From an uncultured Proteiniphilum sp. (lineage in GTDB: Bacteria; Bacteroidota; Bacteroidia; Bacteroidales; Dysgonomonadaceae): a stretch of 54,940 bases of DNA. Shown here in pieces: positions 10,169-20,398 of this stretch. Numbering within the stretch: position 1 is the stretch's first letter; each line of letters starts with the position of its first letter. The notes beneath the pieces were generated by a model. It saw nothing but the letters and a program-made list of their open reading frames with translations. It was not told the DNA's origin and did no database searches. Location of the stretch: NCBI GenBank assembly GCA_964575445.1, contig CAZNRT010000002.1, forward strand, positions 6,328 through 61,267, given 5' to 3'. The position numbers were made by a program, and so were the translations under genes.

Positions 10169-10244
10169 TCGGCTTGAAATTAAAATTATAAACTGTAATA
10201 GGATAGTATCTATCCTGAATGAATTGTTTTACAATCAATAAATT

Positions 10245-11051
10245 ATGAGAAAACTAAATTATTTGTGGATTATAGCTTTTGTGGCTATACTAATGAGCGG
10301 GTGTGGCTCCTCCAAAAAGGTAGCATACCTCCAAAAATCTGAGGATATTACAGAAGAAGAATACGCTGTGCAATTGACGCCAATGTATGAGGCACGCATA
10401 ATGCCTAAAGATATATTGACAATTACAGTATCTACGAGCGACCCAGAAGCGGCAAGACCATTTAATATCACTGTGCCAATCTCGGAGACTGGGAGTATGC
10501 AACGTATTACTACTCAAACTCAATTAAGCACATATTTGGTAGATAATAAGGGGCAAATCAACTTTCCCGTTATAGGAATGATTACTCTAAAAGGTAAAAC
10601 AAATCGCGAAGCTGAACAGGAAATTGCAAATCTTCTAAAACCATTCATTAAGGAAGAACCATTAGTGATTGTAAAATTTGGCAACTACAAAATATCTGTA
10701 TTAGGAGAGGTATCTCATCCTGGCTCTTTTACTGTAACTCAAGAGAAAATCAATATTTTAGAGGCATTGGCAATGGCTGGCGATATGACTATTTATGGCG
10801 TGCGAGATAATGTAAAGATTATTCGTGAAGATGCTAATGGCAATAAGAGAATTATGCAATTGGATTTGAATAATCCTTACTTAGTGTTTACACCAGATTA
10901 TTATCTACAGCAAAATGATGTAATATATGTAGAGCCCAACAAAGTGAAGGCACAAAATGCAAGAATTGGTGCTGCAACATCATTGTGGATTTCTGGAATA
11001 TCCATAGCCGTGACAGTCACAAACTTATTGATTAATATACTAAAAAAATAA
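10245..11051 (+). CDS. wza: Polysaccharide export lipoprotein (Wza/Poly_export family)
   Basis: Lipobox LMSGC; YLVDNKGQINFPVIG; SLBB motif VLGEVSHPG; LQQNDVIYVEP. Confidence 0.88.
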   Translation: MRKLNYLWIIAFVAILMSGCGSSKKVAYLQKSEDITEEEYAVQLTPMYEARIMPKDILTITVSTSDPEAARPFNITVPISETGSMQRITTQTQLSTYLVDNKGQINFPVIGMITLKGKTNREAEQEIANLLKPFIKEEPLVIVKFGNYKISVLGEVSHPGSFTVTQEKINILEALAMAGDMTIYGVRDNVKIIREDANGNKRIMQLDLNNPYLVFTPDYYLQQNDVIYVEPNKVKAQNARIGAATSLWISGISIAVTVTNLLINILKK

Positions 11052-11055
11052 ATTA

Positions 11056-13419
11056 ATGGAAAAACCGCAAAACATACCTGAACTTACATCAGGTCAAGAG
11101 AATGACTCATTTTCTATTGTGGAAATAGTAGGTAAATATGTCAAGCACTGGAAATGGTTTATAGCTTCTATTGTTTTGATAATGGCAATTGCCATAGTAT
11201 ATTTGCGCTACTCAACACCAATTTACACCGTCACATCTGACATAAAACTGAAGGACGCGGGCACAGCAAAAGGAATGCCAAGCGGAATGATGATTGAAGA
11301 GATTGCCATGATAGGCGCAGTTGACAATATTGCAGATGAAGCTGAGGTGATCAGATCGCGCACTATTGTACGTACAACTATTAATAGGCTCAATCTTCAT
11401 ACATCATATATTGTAGAAGGACGTATAAAAAGTAGCGACTTGTATAAGAAGAGCCCCGTAGTGGTGGGAATGGAACAAAGCCAATTAGATAGTTTGACTG
11501 CACCAGTGGAGTTCTCAATGATATTCGATGATAAAGATGTTCTGCATATTAAAGGAATAATAGGTGGAGTAGTTGCCGACACTACTTTTGGGATGTTGCC
11601 CGCACTACTTAAAACTCCAGTTGGCAATATTAGCTTTGTAAGACGTGATGGTATTGAAAGAAACACCTCGCTACTAAATGTAATAATTGAAAATCCAAAC
11701 TCAGTTATAAGCAGATATCAAAAAGATTTGACCATCGTTTCAAAAAATCCGCGCGCTCGTTCAGCAGTACTCACAATGACATTCAATACTCCATTTACTG
11801 AAAAAGGGAGTGATTTTCTTACTACCCTTGTTGATGTTTACAACAATGAGATGATTGAAGACAAAAACATGGAGGCTCGCAATACTCAAACATTTATTAA
11901 TGAGCGTTTGGCTATTATTGATACAGAACTTGGTCATGCAGATTCAAATGTGGAGCAATATAAGCAGTCTCAGGGTTTGACAGATATGCAGGTGGATTTG
12001 CAACGCAATATGCAGATGGGTAGTCAATATGAGCAACAGCTTGTGAAAGTGGAAACACAGCTTAGCGTTGTAAGCTCTCTTGGTGGATACGTTAAAGACC
12101 CTTTGAATAAAGATAAACCAATTCCGAGCAATATAGGTATAGATGATCCAACACTTGTGGCAACAGCAAACGAGTACAACAAGCTATTGCTTGAGCGTGA
12201 ACGAATGTCACAAAGTATGACTGATGAGAACCCCGCAATGAAAAGACTAAATGAACAAATTGCAGGATTAAGATCAAACATCAATTCATCAATATCGAGC
12301 GTGCAACAAGGATTGAATATTCAGCGAAGAGATGCACGCAATCAGGCAAGCATGTATGGTGGACGCTTGGGTACAATGCCTACTCAGGAAAGAGAGTTTG
12401 TTGATCTTACTCGTGAGCAACAGATTAAGCAAAATCTATTCCTTATGCTCCTTCAAAAACGTGAAGAGAATGCTCTCGCTCTGGCTGCAACCAGCAATAC
12501 TGCAAAGATATTGAATGAGGCAGTGATAGGGGGTAAAGTGTTCCCTAAAACTAAAATAATTTTATTAGCTGCATTCTTGTTGGCTTTAATCATTCCTGTA
12601 GGTATTATATATCTTTTAGATTTGCTTCACTTTACAATCCGCACACGAGCTGATGTTGAGCGAGTATCTAAGTTGTCAATATTGGCAGAGATTCCATCTC
12701 ATGATGATGATACAAATGTGGTTGTTTCCGAAAACAAGACTTCTGAGTTGGATGAAGCTTTCCGTATGTTGCGTACCAATCTATTGTTTACTTTGGGCAA
12801 AGACAAGCAAGTTGTAATATTTACTTCCACAGTGTCTGGCGAAGGAAAAACTTTCGTTTCAATTAATACCGCAATTAGTCTTTCACTTATTAATAAAAAA
12901 GTTCTGTTGATTGGTGGTGACTTGAGAAGACCTCGATTGTCTGAGCATCTAAACTTGAAGTTTGATAAAGGTTTGACAAACTATTTGTCTGGTTTTGAAA
13001 CTAATTTGGATAAACTAATTGTTCCTTCAAATATATCAGACAACTTGTTTATAATGCCAGCAGGTCCTATTCCACCTAATCCTGCGGAGCTTATGTCACG
13101 CCAAACATTGGATGATGCAATAGCAGAGCTTAGAACTAAATTTGATTATGTCATCATAGACTCAGCCCCTGCAAGCCAGGTTACTGATACATTAATTATG
13201 AACCGCATTTCGGATGCTACTGTATATGTGGCACGGGCTAACTACTCTCATAAGCACAATTTGCTATTTGCAAATGAATTGTATTCTCATAACAAGCTTA
13301 CTAACATGACCCTATTAATTAATGATATCAAAGATTTCCGCTCAGGATATGGGTACGGATATGGATATGGATACGGATATGGATATGATTCAAAAAAGAA
13401 GAAAAAAGTAAAGAAATAA
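11056..13419 (+). CDS. wzc: Polysaccharide co-polymerase / tyrosine autokinase (Wzc)
   Basis: Two transmembrane segments around a coiled-coil loop; EAFRMLRTNL; Walker A GEGKT; DLRRP; IIDSAP; C-terminal (GY)7 tyrosine cluster. Confidence 0.92.
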   Translation: MEKPQNIPELTSGQENDSFSIVEIVGKYVKHWKWFIASIVLIMAIAIVYLRYSTPIYTVTSDIKLKDAGTAKGMPSGMMIEEIAMIGAVDNIADEAEVIRSRTIVRTTINRLNLHTSYIVEGRIKSSDLYKKSPVVVGMEQSQLDSLTAPVEFSMIFDDKDVLHIKGIIGGVVADTTFGMLPALLKTPVGNISFVRRDGIERNTSLLNVIIENPNSVISRYQKDLTIVSKNPRARSAVLTMTFNTPFTEKGSDFLTTLVDVYNNEMIEDKNMEARNTQTFINERLAIIDTELGHADSNVEQYKQSQGLTDMQVDLQRNMQMGSQYEQQLVKVETQLSVVSSLGGYVKDPLNKDKPIPSNIGIDDPTLVATANEYNKLLLERERMSQSMTDENPAMKRLNEQIAGLRSNINSSISSVQQGLNIQRRDARNQASMYGGRLGTMPTQEREFVDLTREQQIKQNLFLMLLQKREENALALAATSNTAKILNEAVIGGKVFPKTKIILLAAFLLALIIPVGIIYLLDLLHFTIRTRADVERVSKLSILAEIPSHDDDTNVVVSENKTSELDEAFRMLRTNLLFTLGKDKQVVIFTSTVSGEGKTFVSINTAISLSLINKKVLLIGGDLRRPRLSEHLNLKFDKGLTNYLSGFETNLDKLIVPSNISDNLFIMPAGPIPPNPAELMSRQTLDDAIAELRTKFDYVIIDSAPASQVTDTLIMNRISDATVYVARANYSHKHNLLFANELYSHNKLTNMTLLINDIKDFRSGYGYGYGYGYGYGYDSKKKKKVKK
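13345..13386 (+). repeat. Hexanucleotide repeat (GGRTAY)7 encoding the Wzc tyrosine cluster
   Basis: ggatat gggtac ggatat ggatat ggatac ggatat ggatat. Confidence 0.9.
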
Positions 13420-13443
13420 TTTTTCAGAAATTATAATATCAAC

Positions 13444-13496
13444 AAAAAAAACGTTTGTCAATACTCTTACAAGTATAATGACAAACGTTTTTTTTT
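13444..13496. terminator. Bidirectional intrinsic terminator (wzc / sdaA)
   Basis: A-run + ACGTTTGTCA ... TGACAAACGT + T-run between convergent genes. Confidence 0.85.
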
Positions 13497-13518
13497 ATAT
13501 ATAGTTTCAGTTAGATTA

Positions 13519-14736
13519 TTATTTGATGATATACTCTTTTGCCAATCCTCCTTCGCTGGTCTCTTTATACAATGATGGCAAGTCGTGCCCTGTTTGCTTC
13601 ATTACTTCTACAACATGGTCAAAAGAAATGCGATGACTGCCATCCGTAAAAGATGAATAAAGATTGGCATCAAGTGCTCTTGCTGCTGCAATAGCATTGC
13701 GCTCAATACAAGGTATTTGCACCAAACCACAAACGGGGTCGCATGTCATACCCAAATGATGCTCTAAACCCATCTCAGCAGCATATTCTATTTGCGATAC
13801 ACTACCGCCGAATAGTTGGCTCGCAGCAGCAGCAGCCATAGAGCAGGCAACACCAATCTCCCCTTGGCATCCCACTTCTGCTCCAGATATTGAAGCATTT
13901 CGCTTTACAATATTGCCAAACAGTCCAGCTGTGGCAAGTGCTCGAAGTATTCTCATCTCAATGAAATCTCTGCTTTCGGCAAGATGATATAACACTGCTG
14001 GCAAAACGCCACACGATCCACAAGTAGGTGCAGTTACAATCTCGCCTCCTGCTGCATTTTCTTCAGAAACTGCAAGAGCATAAGCAAATACCATCCCCCT
14101 GGATTTGAGGCTTGATGTTTGTCCTTTTGACTTGATAAAATATGAAGCAGCTTTTCTGGGGAGTTTGAGAGGACCCGGAAGTACGCCCTCATTTTCTAAA
14201 CCTCGTTCAACGGCGGTTTTCATTACACGCCACACTTTGCGCAGATAATCCCATATTTCGGGACCTTCGTGCATCTCAACATACTCCCAAAATGTGCGTC
14301 CATTCTTTTCGCACCACTCCTGAATATTGGCAAGATTGGTATCAGGGTAGGGATCTGATATTTGCTCTTCGGTGATACCAATAGTAGTAGTGCCATCACT
14401 CAATGCACCACCACCCACACTATATACGGTCCATGATTCCATAATATTGTCATCCTTATCAAATGATTCATACTTCATGGCATTGGGGTGAAATGGTAGA
14501 AAAGTCTTGGGCATCCATTCAATCGTTGTTGTGGTAATTGGGCTAAGCACATTTAGTATTGCACTATCAGTAAGATGCCCTTTGCCAGTAGCTGCCAAGC
14601 TTCCATAAAGAGTAACTACAAACTTTGTGGCATCCATATTTCTTTCTAAAAAAAGTTCGGCCGCCTTCTTAGGTCCCATCGTATGGCTACTTGATGGTCC
14701 ATTTCCTATTCTGTATAGTTCTTTCAGTGATTTCAT
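13519..14736 (-). CDS. sdaA: L-serine dehydratase, Fe-S dependent, single chain
   Basis: GPSSSHTMGP, GSLAATGKGH, TAPTCG, GCQGEIG, TCDPVCGLVQIPCIERN. Confidence 0.95.
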   Translation of the reverse strand: MKSLKELYRIGNGPSSSHTMGPKKAAELFLERNMDATKFVVTLYGSLAATGKGHLTDSAILNVLSPITTTTIEWMPKTFLPFHPNAMKYESFDKDDNIMESWTVYSVGGGALSDGTTTIGITEEQISDPYPDTNLANIQEWCEKNGRTFWEYVEMHEGPEIWDYLRKVWRVMKTAVERGLENEGVLPGPLKLPRKAASYFIKSKGQTSSLKSRGMVFAYALAVSEENAAGGEIVTAPTCGSCGVLPAVLYHLAESRDFIEMRILRALATAGLFGNIVKRNASISGAEVGCQGEIGVACSMAAAAASQLFGGSVSQIEYAAEMGLEHHLGMTCDPVCGLVQIPCIERNAIAAARALDANLYSSFTDGSHRISFDHVVEVMKQTGHDLPSLYKETSEGGLAKEYIIK

Positions 14737-14849
14737 ATCGTGAGTTTCAATGAAAAAGGTTAAAGTAAAAAGGTTAGAGCCACAATAATATTTGCTGCTC
14801 TTCCCTTTAGCCTTTAACCCTTTTTGCTTGTTATATTTTATATTGATTA

Positions 14850-17399
14850 TTAATATGTTTCTCTCAAGTGGCGTACTGTTATTGGGGTTTTATCCTTTGC
14901 TTTCAACTCTTCAGAAGTGATTTCGATCACTTTCTTTTGTCCTGGCAATAGGGTAAAGAAGTTATCAGTGAAACGTGCTCCAAGCGTTGGAATCTCAATA
15001 AATACATCCTTAGCCAACTTCTTGCTAACTAATGTAACAGTATATTTACCATCAGCATATTTTATGGATGTATTGATTTTGGTTTCGGGCAAGTTAAGCT
15101 TGTTTGGCCAATAGAAGAAATAATCGCGAGTAGATACTACATTGCCCTTGCTATCTGATAACCAAGCATGAACAATGGTGTTATGTTTTTGCTCTTCGGT
15201 TACTAATTCTGCTGAATCAAATACTTTCACAATTTCGCTTGTATTTGCCTTTGCATTCACCTTTTGATTGAATTTTTTAATCACTTTACCATCAAAATCA
15301 ATAACCTGAACATTTAGAGTCAGATTATTAGTGTCCTGCAATAAGTCAGACATGGTGTAGTAGCTAATCTTGTTATCTTTAAATTCAACACCAAGAGCTA
15401 ATGGTGCAAAAACGTTGCGCATCTTATAATGCTGAGATTTCCAATTATTGAAGTAGTCGATACTTGACCATGATACCACTGGCCAGTCGTCATTGATCTG
15501 CCAATACAAAGCGCCCATACAATATGGACGACCACGACGGTTAGCCTCCACCGCCTCTTCCATTCCATTGCCCTGCATTATAAGACCTACATAAACAAAA
15601 TCCTCAAAATTCTTTGGTTCATGATAATACATATCCATATATTGCTTGATGATGGTGTTACCTATTGGGCTCTTTTGATGAATCTCCATCACGTCAGAAT
15701 TGATATCAAAATCATCCTCAGTAGCAAAAGTGCGAATAGTTTTCATTTCGGGGAATGATTGGAAACCAAATTCGCTACTAAATCGTGGCAATCTGTCAGC
15801 CATTGCTTCAAAAGGCATACGACCATGCCATAACCCCCAATCGTGCACGTCACTTCCATTAAATTTGTTTACATTACCCCAATTGCTATCATAGGGTGAA
15901 CCATGAATATAGTTGCGAGTGCCATCAAACTCTTCTACCATCTCTGGGAGAAGCCCTCTGAAAAGCTTGTCATACCCTTCAAACCATATTTTTCTTTCCT
16001 GATCATTGGCTCTATCTTTCCAGCCCCAAAACTTTAATCCTTCTTCTACTTCATTATTGCCACACCAAAATGCAAGTGAGGCATGATTGCGAAGTCTTCT
16101 GATATTCCATTCAGCCTCTTCTTTCACATTGGCTAAGAACGAATCATCAGTAGGGTAAATGGTGCAGCCAAAAATAAAATCTTGCCATACAAGAATTCCT
16201 CTCTCATCTGCCTGCTCATAGAATGTATTATTCTCATACGTGCCGCCACCCCAGATACGCACAAAGTTGAAGTTGGCATCTTCCATATTGTCAAACAATC
16301 GTTTGTAATATGCATCATCTTGTTGTGAGCGTAATATTTCGCCAGGTATGTAGTTGGCTCCCTTTGCAAAAATTGGTTTTCCGTTGACTTCAAAATAGAA
16401 TGAGCGTCCGTGTTCATCTTTATCCTGAACAAGGCGAACCGAACGAAGTCCTACGCGCTGTGTTTTTTCTGCTACAAGATTTTCTCCTGTCAATACTTTC
16501 ACCGTGAAATCATATAGATTTTGCTTTCCCCAATGGATAGGCATCCACAAATGAGGATTCTTGATTTCAAGAGGTATATTGATATTATTTTTACCAGGCT
16601 GTAGAGTTACGTCAAAGGAGTGTTCTAATGGTTCAGTACCTTTTAAACCATACGAAAGAATTACTTTTGATTCCGTAGGCTGTTTTGCAACCGATATAAT
16701 CTCTATTTGATTATCAATCTTAGCAATATCTTCCGAAATTTCTGTTTGTTTTACGTAAAGGTCTTCTATTCTTGCATTATTGTATAATGTCAGTGTAACA
16801 GGCTTCCACAATCCCATCTGCACAATACGTATCCCCCAATCCCAACCAAATTGATATGGTGCCTTGCGGTTATACACGCTCAAGCGCTGATCACTATGAT
16901 CATTATCTGCAGGATACTCAAAGCCAGCAGTAATACGAGCAGGGTCCATACGAGTTATTGGAGAGTAGAATCTAATGTAAAGTCTATTTTCACCTTCACG
17001 AAGTGAATATTTTACTGGTACTTTATGCCCCACGAACATATTTTCGGATTGCAATATGCGTGATCCATTTAAGAATACATCTGCGTGTGTGTCAATCCCT
17101 TCAAAGAACATAATAGCATCATCACTCTGAAGCTGCTCGGCTGTTAAAGTAAAAGTTTTGCGAAAGTCCCAATCTTCAAGTTCAGGCCATTGAACATCAT
17201 TTTCGTTGGTTCCAAAATATGGGTCTGGCAATACATTATGTCGTATCAGATCTCTCTGTACAGATCCAGGCACTTCGGCATCATACCATGTGTCTTTGCC
17301 TTTTTGACTAAATTGCCATCCTTCATTTAATGAAATAGTTTGTGCCGAAAGGGCAAAACTAAATACTGTTGTTACTAATAGTGTAAGAAGTCTATTCAT
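14850..17399 (-). CDS. Glycoside hydrolase family 2, probable beta-mannosidase, secreted
   Basis: Signal peptide; RKAPYQFGWDWG, KGANYIP, RIWGGG, WCGNNE (acid/base), SEFGFQS (nucleophile). Confidence 0.9.
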   Translation of the reverse strand: MNRLLTLLVTTVFSFALSAQTISLNEGWQFSQKGKDTWYDAEVPGSVQRDLIRHNVLPDPYFGTNENDVQWPELEDWDFRKTFTLTAEQLQSDDAIMFFEGIDTHADVFLNGSRILQSENMFVGHKVPVKYSLREGENRLYIRFYSPITRMDPARITAGFEYPADNDHSDQRLSVYNRKAPYQFGWDWGIRIVQMGLWKPVTLTLYNNARIEDLYVKQTEISEDIAKIDNQIEIISVAKQPTESKVILSYGLKGTEPLEHSFDVTLQPGKNNINIPLEIKNPHLWMPIHWGKQNLYDFTVKVLTGENLVAEKTQRVGLRSVRLVQDKDEHGRSFYFEVNGKPIFAKGANYIPGEILRSQQDDAYYKRLFDNMEDANFNFVRIWGGGTYENNTFYEQADERGILVWQDFIFGCTIYPTDDSFLANVKEEAEWNIRRLRNHASLAFWCGNNEVEEGLKFWGWKDRANDQERKIWFEGYDKLFRGLLPEMVEEFDGTRNYIHGSPYDSNWGNVNKFNGSDVHDWGLWHGRMPFEAMADRLPRFSSEFGFQSFPEMKTIRTFATEDDFDINSDVMEIHQKSPIGNTIIKQYMDMYYHEPKNFEDFVYVGLIMQGNGMEEAVEANRRGRPYCMGALYWQINDDWPVVSWSSIDYFNNWKSQHYKMRNVFAPLALGVEFKDNKISYYTMSDLLQDTNNLTLNVQVIDFDGKVIKKFNQKVNAKANTSEIVKVFDSAELVTEEQKHNTIVHAWLSDSKGNVVSTRDYFFYWPNKLNLPETKINTSIKYADGKYTVTLVSKKLAKDVFIEIPTLGARFTDNFFTLLPGQKKVIEITSEELKAKDKTPITVRHLRETY

Positions 17400-17430
17400 A
17401 GATTTAAATTAATTGATTTATGTATAAGCA

Positions 17431-17438
17431 CAAAGATA
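17431..17438 (-). promoter_or_regulatory. -7 promoter element for the GH2 gene
   Basis: CAAAGATA reads TATCTTTG on the minus strand. Confidence 0.6.
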
Positions 17439-17549
17439 AGACTAATTAATTATTAAAGTCGAAAAAATATGCTACAATCAACTGATGTTATATCTTCTAA
17501 AACTAAGCCTAAAGCAAGAACCTGCATGCTAACTTCTCAGTTTTTTTTC

Positions 17550-17557
17550 TACATTTG
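17550..17557 (+). promoter_or_regulatory. -7 promoter element for relA/spoT
   Basis: TACATTTG about 30 nt before the ATG. Confidence 0.6.
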
Positions 17558-17586
17558 TATTTTATCATCAAATTTAATCTATAACG

Positions 17587-19779
17587 ATGGTCAATTCTAC
17601 AATTGCTAAAGGAGATTTTTTAGCTTTATATTCCAAATTGTATTCATTCTTTCGTCAGGAGTGGAGTGTGGAAAAGGTTGATAAGCTAAAAAAAATATTG
17701 AATCAGTATGTTGCTAATGATAATAGCACTGAATGCACTTATAATCTTGTGTTGGAGATGCATACATCAATAATAACTATTGAAGAAATTGGTTTAAAGC
17801 AATCTACAGTATGTGCTATTTTGTTATTTCGTCCTGCGCTCAATAATAGTGCTCTCATTGCGGAAGTAAAGAAACTATTTGGAGACGAAGTGGTGCTAAT
17901 CTTGAAAGGGCTTATAAAAATTAATGAGCTCACTGATAAAAAAACGGCGGTAGAATCTGACAATTATATCAAACTATTGCTTTCGATTGCTGAAGATGTT
18001 CGTGTAGTTTTTGTGCTGATTGCTCAACAGCTCCAGCTGATGCGTGATGCAAAACATATGGAGCAGTCAAAACGTATAGAATTGTCCGTAGAATCTATAT
18101 ACTTATATGCGCCTTTGGCACACAGATTGGGTCTCTATAAAATTAAATCAGAACTTGAAGATTTGTCTATAAAATATACTGATAGAGACACTTACAGTTA
18201 TATAGCTCGAAAACTAAATGAGACTAAAAGATCTCGTGACAAATATATTAATGATTTTATTACTCCAGTAAAAGAGGTTTTGGATAAGACCAATCTAAAA
18301 TATGATATCAAAGGAAGAACAAAATCAATACATTCGATAAATAATAAGCTTAAAAAACAGAAGATTGAGTTTGAAAACATATATGACTTGTTTGCTATAC
18401 GTGTAATCTTGGAATCGCCGATAGAACTCGAGAAAGCTCACTGTTGGCAAGTATATTCTGTAATCACTGATATGTATCAACCCAACCCCAAAAGGCTTAA
18501 AGACTGGCTATCAATACCTAAAAGCAATGGGTATGAATCATTGCATATCACAGTGATGGGACCAAACTCTAAGTGGGTGGAAGTGCAGATACGAACCAAA
18601 CGAATGGATGAAATAGCTGAGCGCGGATTGGCAGCACACTGGAAATATAAGGGGGTGAAAGGCGAATCCACATTGGACAATTGGCTTACTAACCTGCGCG
18701 AGTCTATGGAAAACAAGGATTCTGATATTACAGAAAAGTTGGGTGATTTTAAGCTTGATCTGTATGAAGAGGAAATATTTGTATTTACACCAAAGGGAGA
18801 TTTGATGAAGCTGCCAAAAGGTGCATCAGTATTAGACTTCGCTTTTTCTATACACACCAAGTTGGGCTCAACCTGCGTTTCAGGCAAAGTAAATGGCAAA
18901 AATGTTCCAATTAAATATGTGTTGAAGAGTGGTGATCAAGTGGAAATACAGACATCATCTCATCAATCAGCAAAACAAGACTGGCTTAACTTTGTCGTTA
19001 CCTCCAAATCTCGCACAAAAATCAGGCAATTGCTCAAAGAAGAAGCTGGCAAACAGGTGGATATTGCCAAGGAGATGTTGTCTCGACGGATGAAGAATAG
19101 AAAGATCGAGCAGGATGAGTCTGTACTTATGCAGCTTATCAAAAAGCTAAAATATAAGACAGTTACCGACTTTTATGTTGATATTGCAGCCGAAAAATTA
19201 GATGTCAATTGGATTATTGACCAATATTTAGAGATGGGCAGCAAAGATATGTCTCATAAAGACTTATCTTCTGCGACGAGTGCTAATAAATTTGTTTATA
19301 AAGCTCATTCGGAAGAAGTAAGTAGTGGTGATGAGCTCATTATTGACCAAAATCTAACAGGCATTGATTATAAATTAGCCAAATGCTGTAATCCAATATA
19401 TGGAGATGAAATTTTTGGATTTGTATCTACTCAAGGTATAAAAATCCATAGAACAAACTGTCCTAATGCCACCGATTTGTTTTCAAGATTTGGCTATAGA
19501 GTAATCAAAGCAAGATGGTCTGGCAAGAGTGCGGGCTCATCAAGATATATATCCACTCTGAAAGTGATTGGGAATGACCAAATAAATATTGTATCCAACC
19601 TGATTTCAATAATATCAAAAGAGGATGGGGTACAGCTCCGTTCAATTTCTATTGATTCAAACGATGGACTGTTTCAGGGCAATATTTCAGTTGTACTTGC
19701 AAGTACATCGATGCTGGAACAGTTGATAAAGAAATTAAAATCAGTCAAGGGAGTCAAAACAGTAGATAGACTGAACTAA
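17587..19779 (+). CDS. relA: Long RelA/SpoT homologue, (p)ppGpp synthetase with degenerate HD domain
   Basis: APLAHRLG, GRTKSIHSI, RLKD, NGYESLH, EVQIRT, AAHWKYK; TGS domain (FVFTPKG, DFAF); AKCCNP; C-terminal ACT domain. Confidence 0.9.
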   Translation: MVNSTIAKGDFLALYSKLYSFFRQEWSVEKVDKLKKILNQYVANDNSTECTYNLVLEMHTSIITIEEIGLKQSTVCAILLFRPALNNSALIAEVKKLFGDEVVLILKGLIKINELTDKKTAVESDNYIKLLLSIAEDVRVVFVLIAQQLQLMRDAKHMEQSKRIELSVESIYLYAPLAHRLGLYKIKSELEDLSIKYTDRDTYSYIARKLNETKRSRDKYINDFITPVKEVLDKTNLKYDIKGRTKSIHSINNKLKKQKIEFENIYDLFAIRVILESPIELEKAHCWQVYSVITDMYQPNPKRLKDWLSIPKSNGYESLHITVMGPNSKWVEVQIRTKRMDEIAERGLAAHWKYKGVKGESTLDNWLTNLRESMENKDSDITEKLGDFKLDLYEEEIFVFTPKGDLMKLPKGASVLDFAFSIHTKLGSTCVSGKVNGKNVPIKYVLKSGDQVEIQTSSHQSAKQDWLNFVVTSKSRTKIRQLLKEEAGKQVDIAKEMLSRRMKNRKIEQDESVLMQLIKKLKYKTVTDFYVDIAAEKLDVNWIIDQYLEMGSKDMSHKDLSSATSANKFVYKAHSEEVSSGDELIIDQNLTGIDYKLAKCCNPIYGDEIFGFVSTQGIKIHRTNCPNATDLFSRFGYRVIKARWSGKSAGSSRYISTLKVIGNDQINIVSNLISIISKEDGVQLRSISIDSNDGLFQGNISVVLASTSMLEQLIKKLKSVKGVKTVDRLN

Positions 19780-19839
19780 TTTATCTGGTTAGTGATTGGC
19801 GATTGGTAGCAGATGTATGATAAATTGTATTAAAAAACA

Positions 19840-19881
19840 AAACGTTATGTTGCTCATCTATGGAGTGGCAACACAACGTTT
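19840..19881. terminator. Hairpin between relA and the convergent HPPK-like gene
   Basis: AAACGTTATGTTGC ... GCAACACAACGTTT imperfect stem. Confidence 0.6.
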
Positions 19882-19924
19882 GAAAGATTGAATATGTATA
19901 ATAACTTTCTAAAGTCTTTAATCC

Positions 19925-20296
19925 TTACTCTTCTAATTCAATCAACAGTTTTTGAACAAAATCTTTTTCCAAATCTTCAGTTCGAATTACAACTTCATCA
20001 TATTGAATCAAGTTGATATTCATTACTATCTTGCCTGATTCTTTGTCATGTGATTGTTTTCCTAAAGCAAATTCTATAGTTTTTAATTTGCCACTTACAT
20101 CAATTAATGGAGTATCGGTATAAAAAACACCTAAAACATTTCTGATAGGGAATGAAATTCTGCTATCATCCGAAACTGTGATAACTGTGCTCGTAAATGA
20201 TGCATCAGGGAAATCATATCTAATCATGCGCATTGCGCGATCAATATTGCTCTTAGCGTAAATATTTGAAGCTATACTAATGAGAACTTTATACAT
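19925..20296 (-). CDS. Short HPPK/FolK-like protein, probably degenerate
   Basis: ISIASN (cf. xSLGSN), RNVL (cf. F.N.V), LKTIEFALGK (cf. L..IE...GR), MNINLI (cf. LDLDIL). Confidence 0.6.
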   Translation of the reverse strand: MYKVLISIASNIYAKSNIDRAMRMIRYDFPDASFTSTVITVSDDSRISFPIRNVLGVFYTDTPLIDVSGKLKTIEFALGKQSHDKESGKIVMNINLIQYDEVVIRTEDLEKDFVQKLLIELEE

Positions 20297-20398
20297 AGTA
20301 GATTTAATTTAAAATGCAAATATATGTATCTTTTGTGTCAACTGCAACGATTTATATGGAAATCAGATTATCTTTGTGTGAAATCAATCTATATTAAA

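Noticed and set aside
14753-14826. Inverted repeat AAAAAGGTTAAAG...CTTTAACCCTTTTT between the GH2 gene and sdaA as a riboswitch or MITE
   Set aside because: No recognisable aptamer or second copy; most simply a terminator-like hairpin.
14850-17399. Polysaccharide utilisation locus around the GH2 gene
   Set aside because: No susC/susD pair, sensor-regulator or other CAZyme adjacent.
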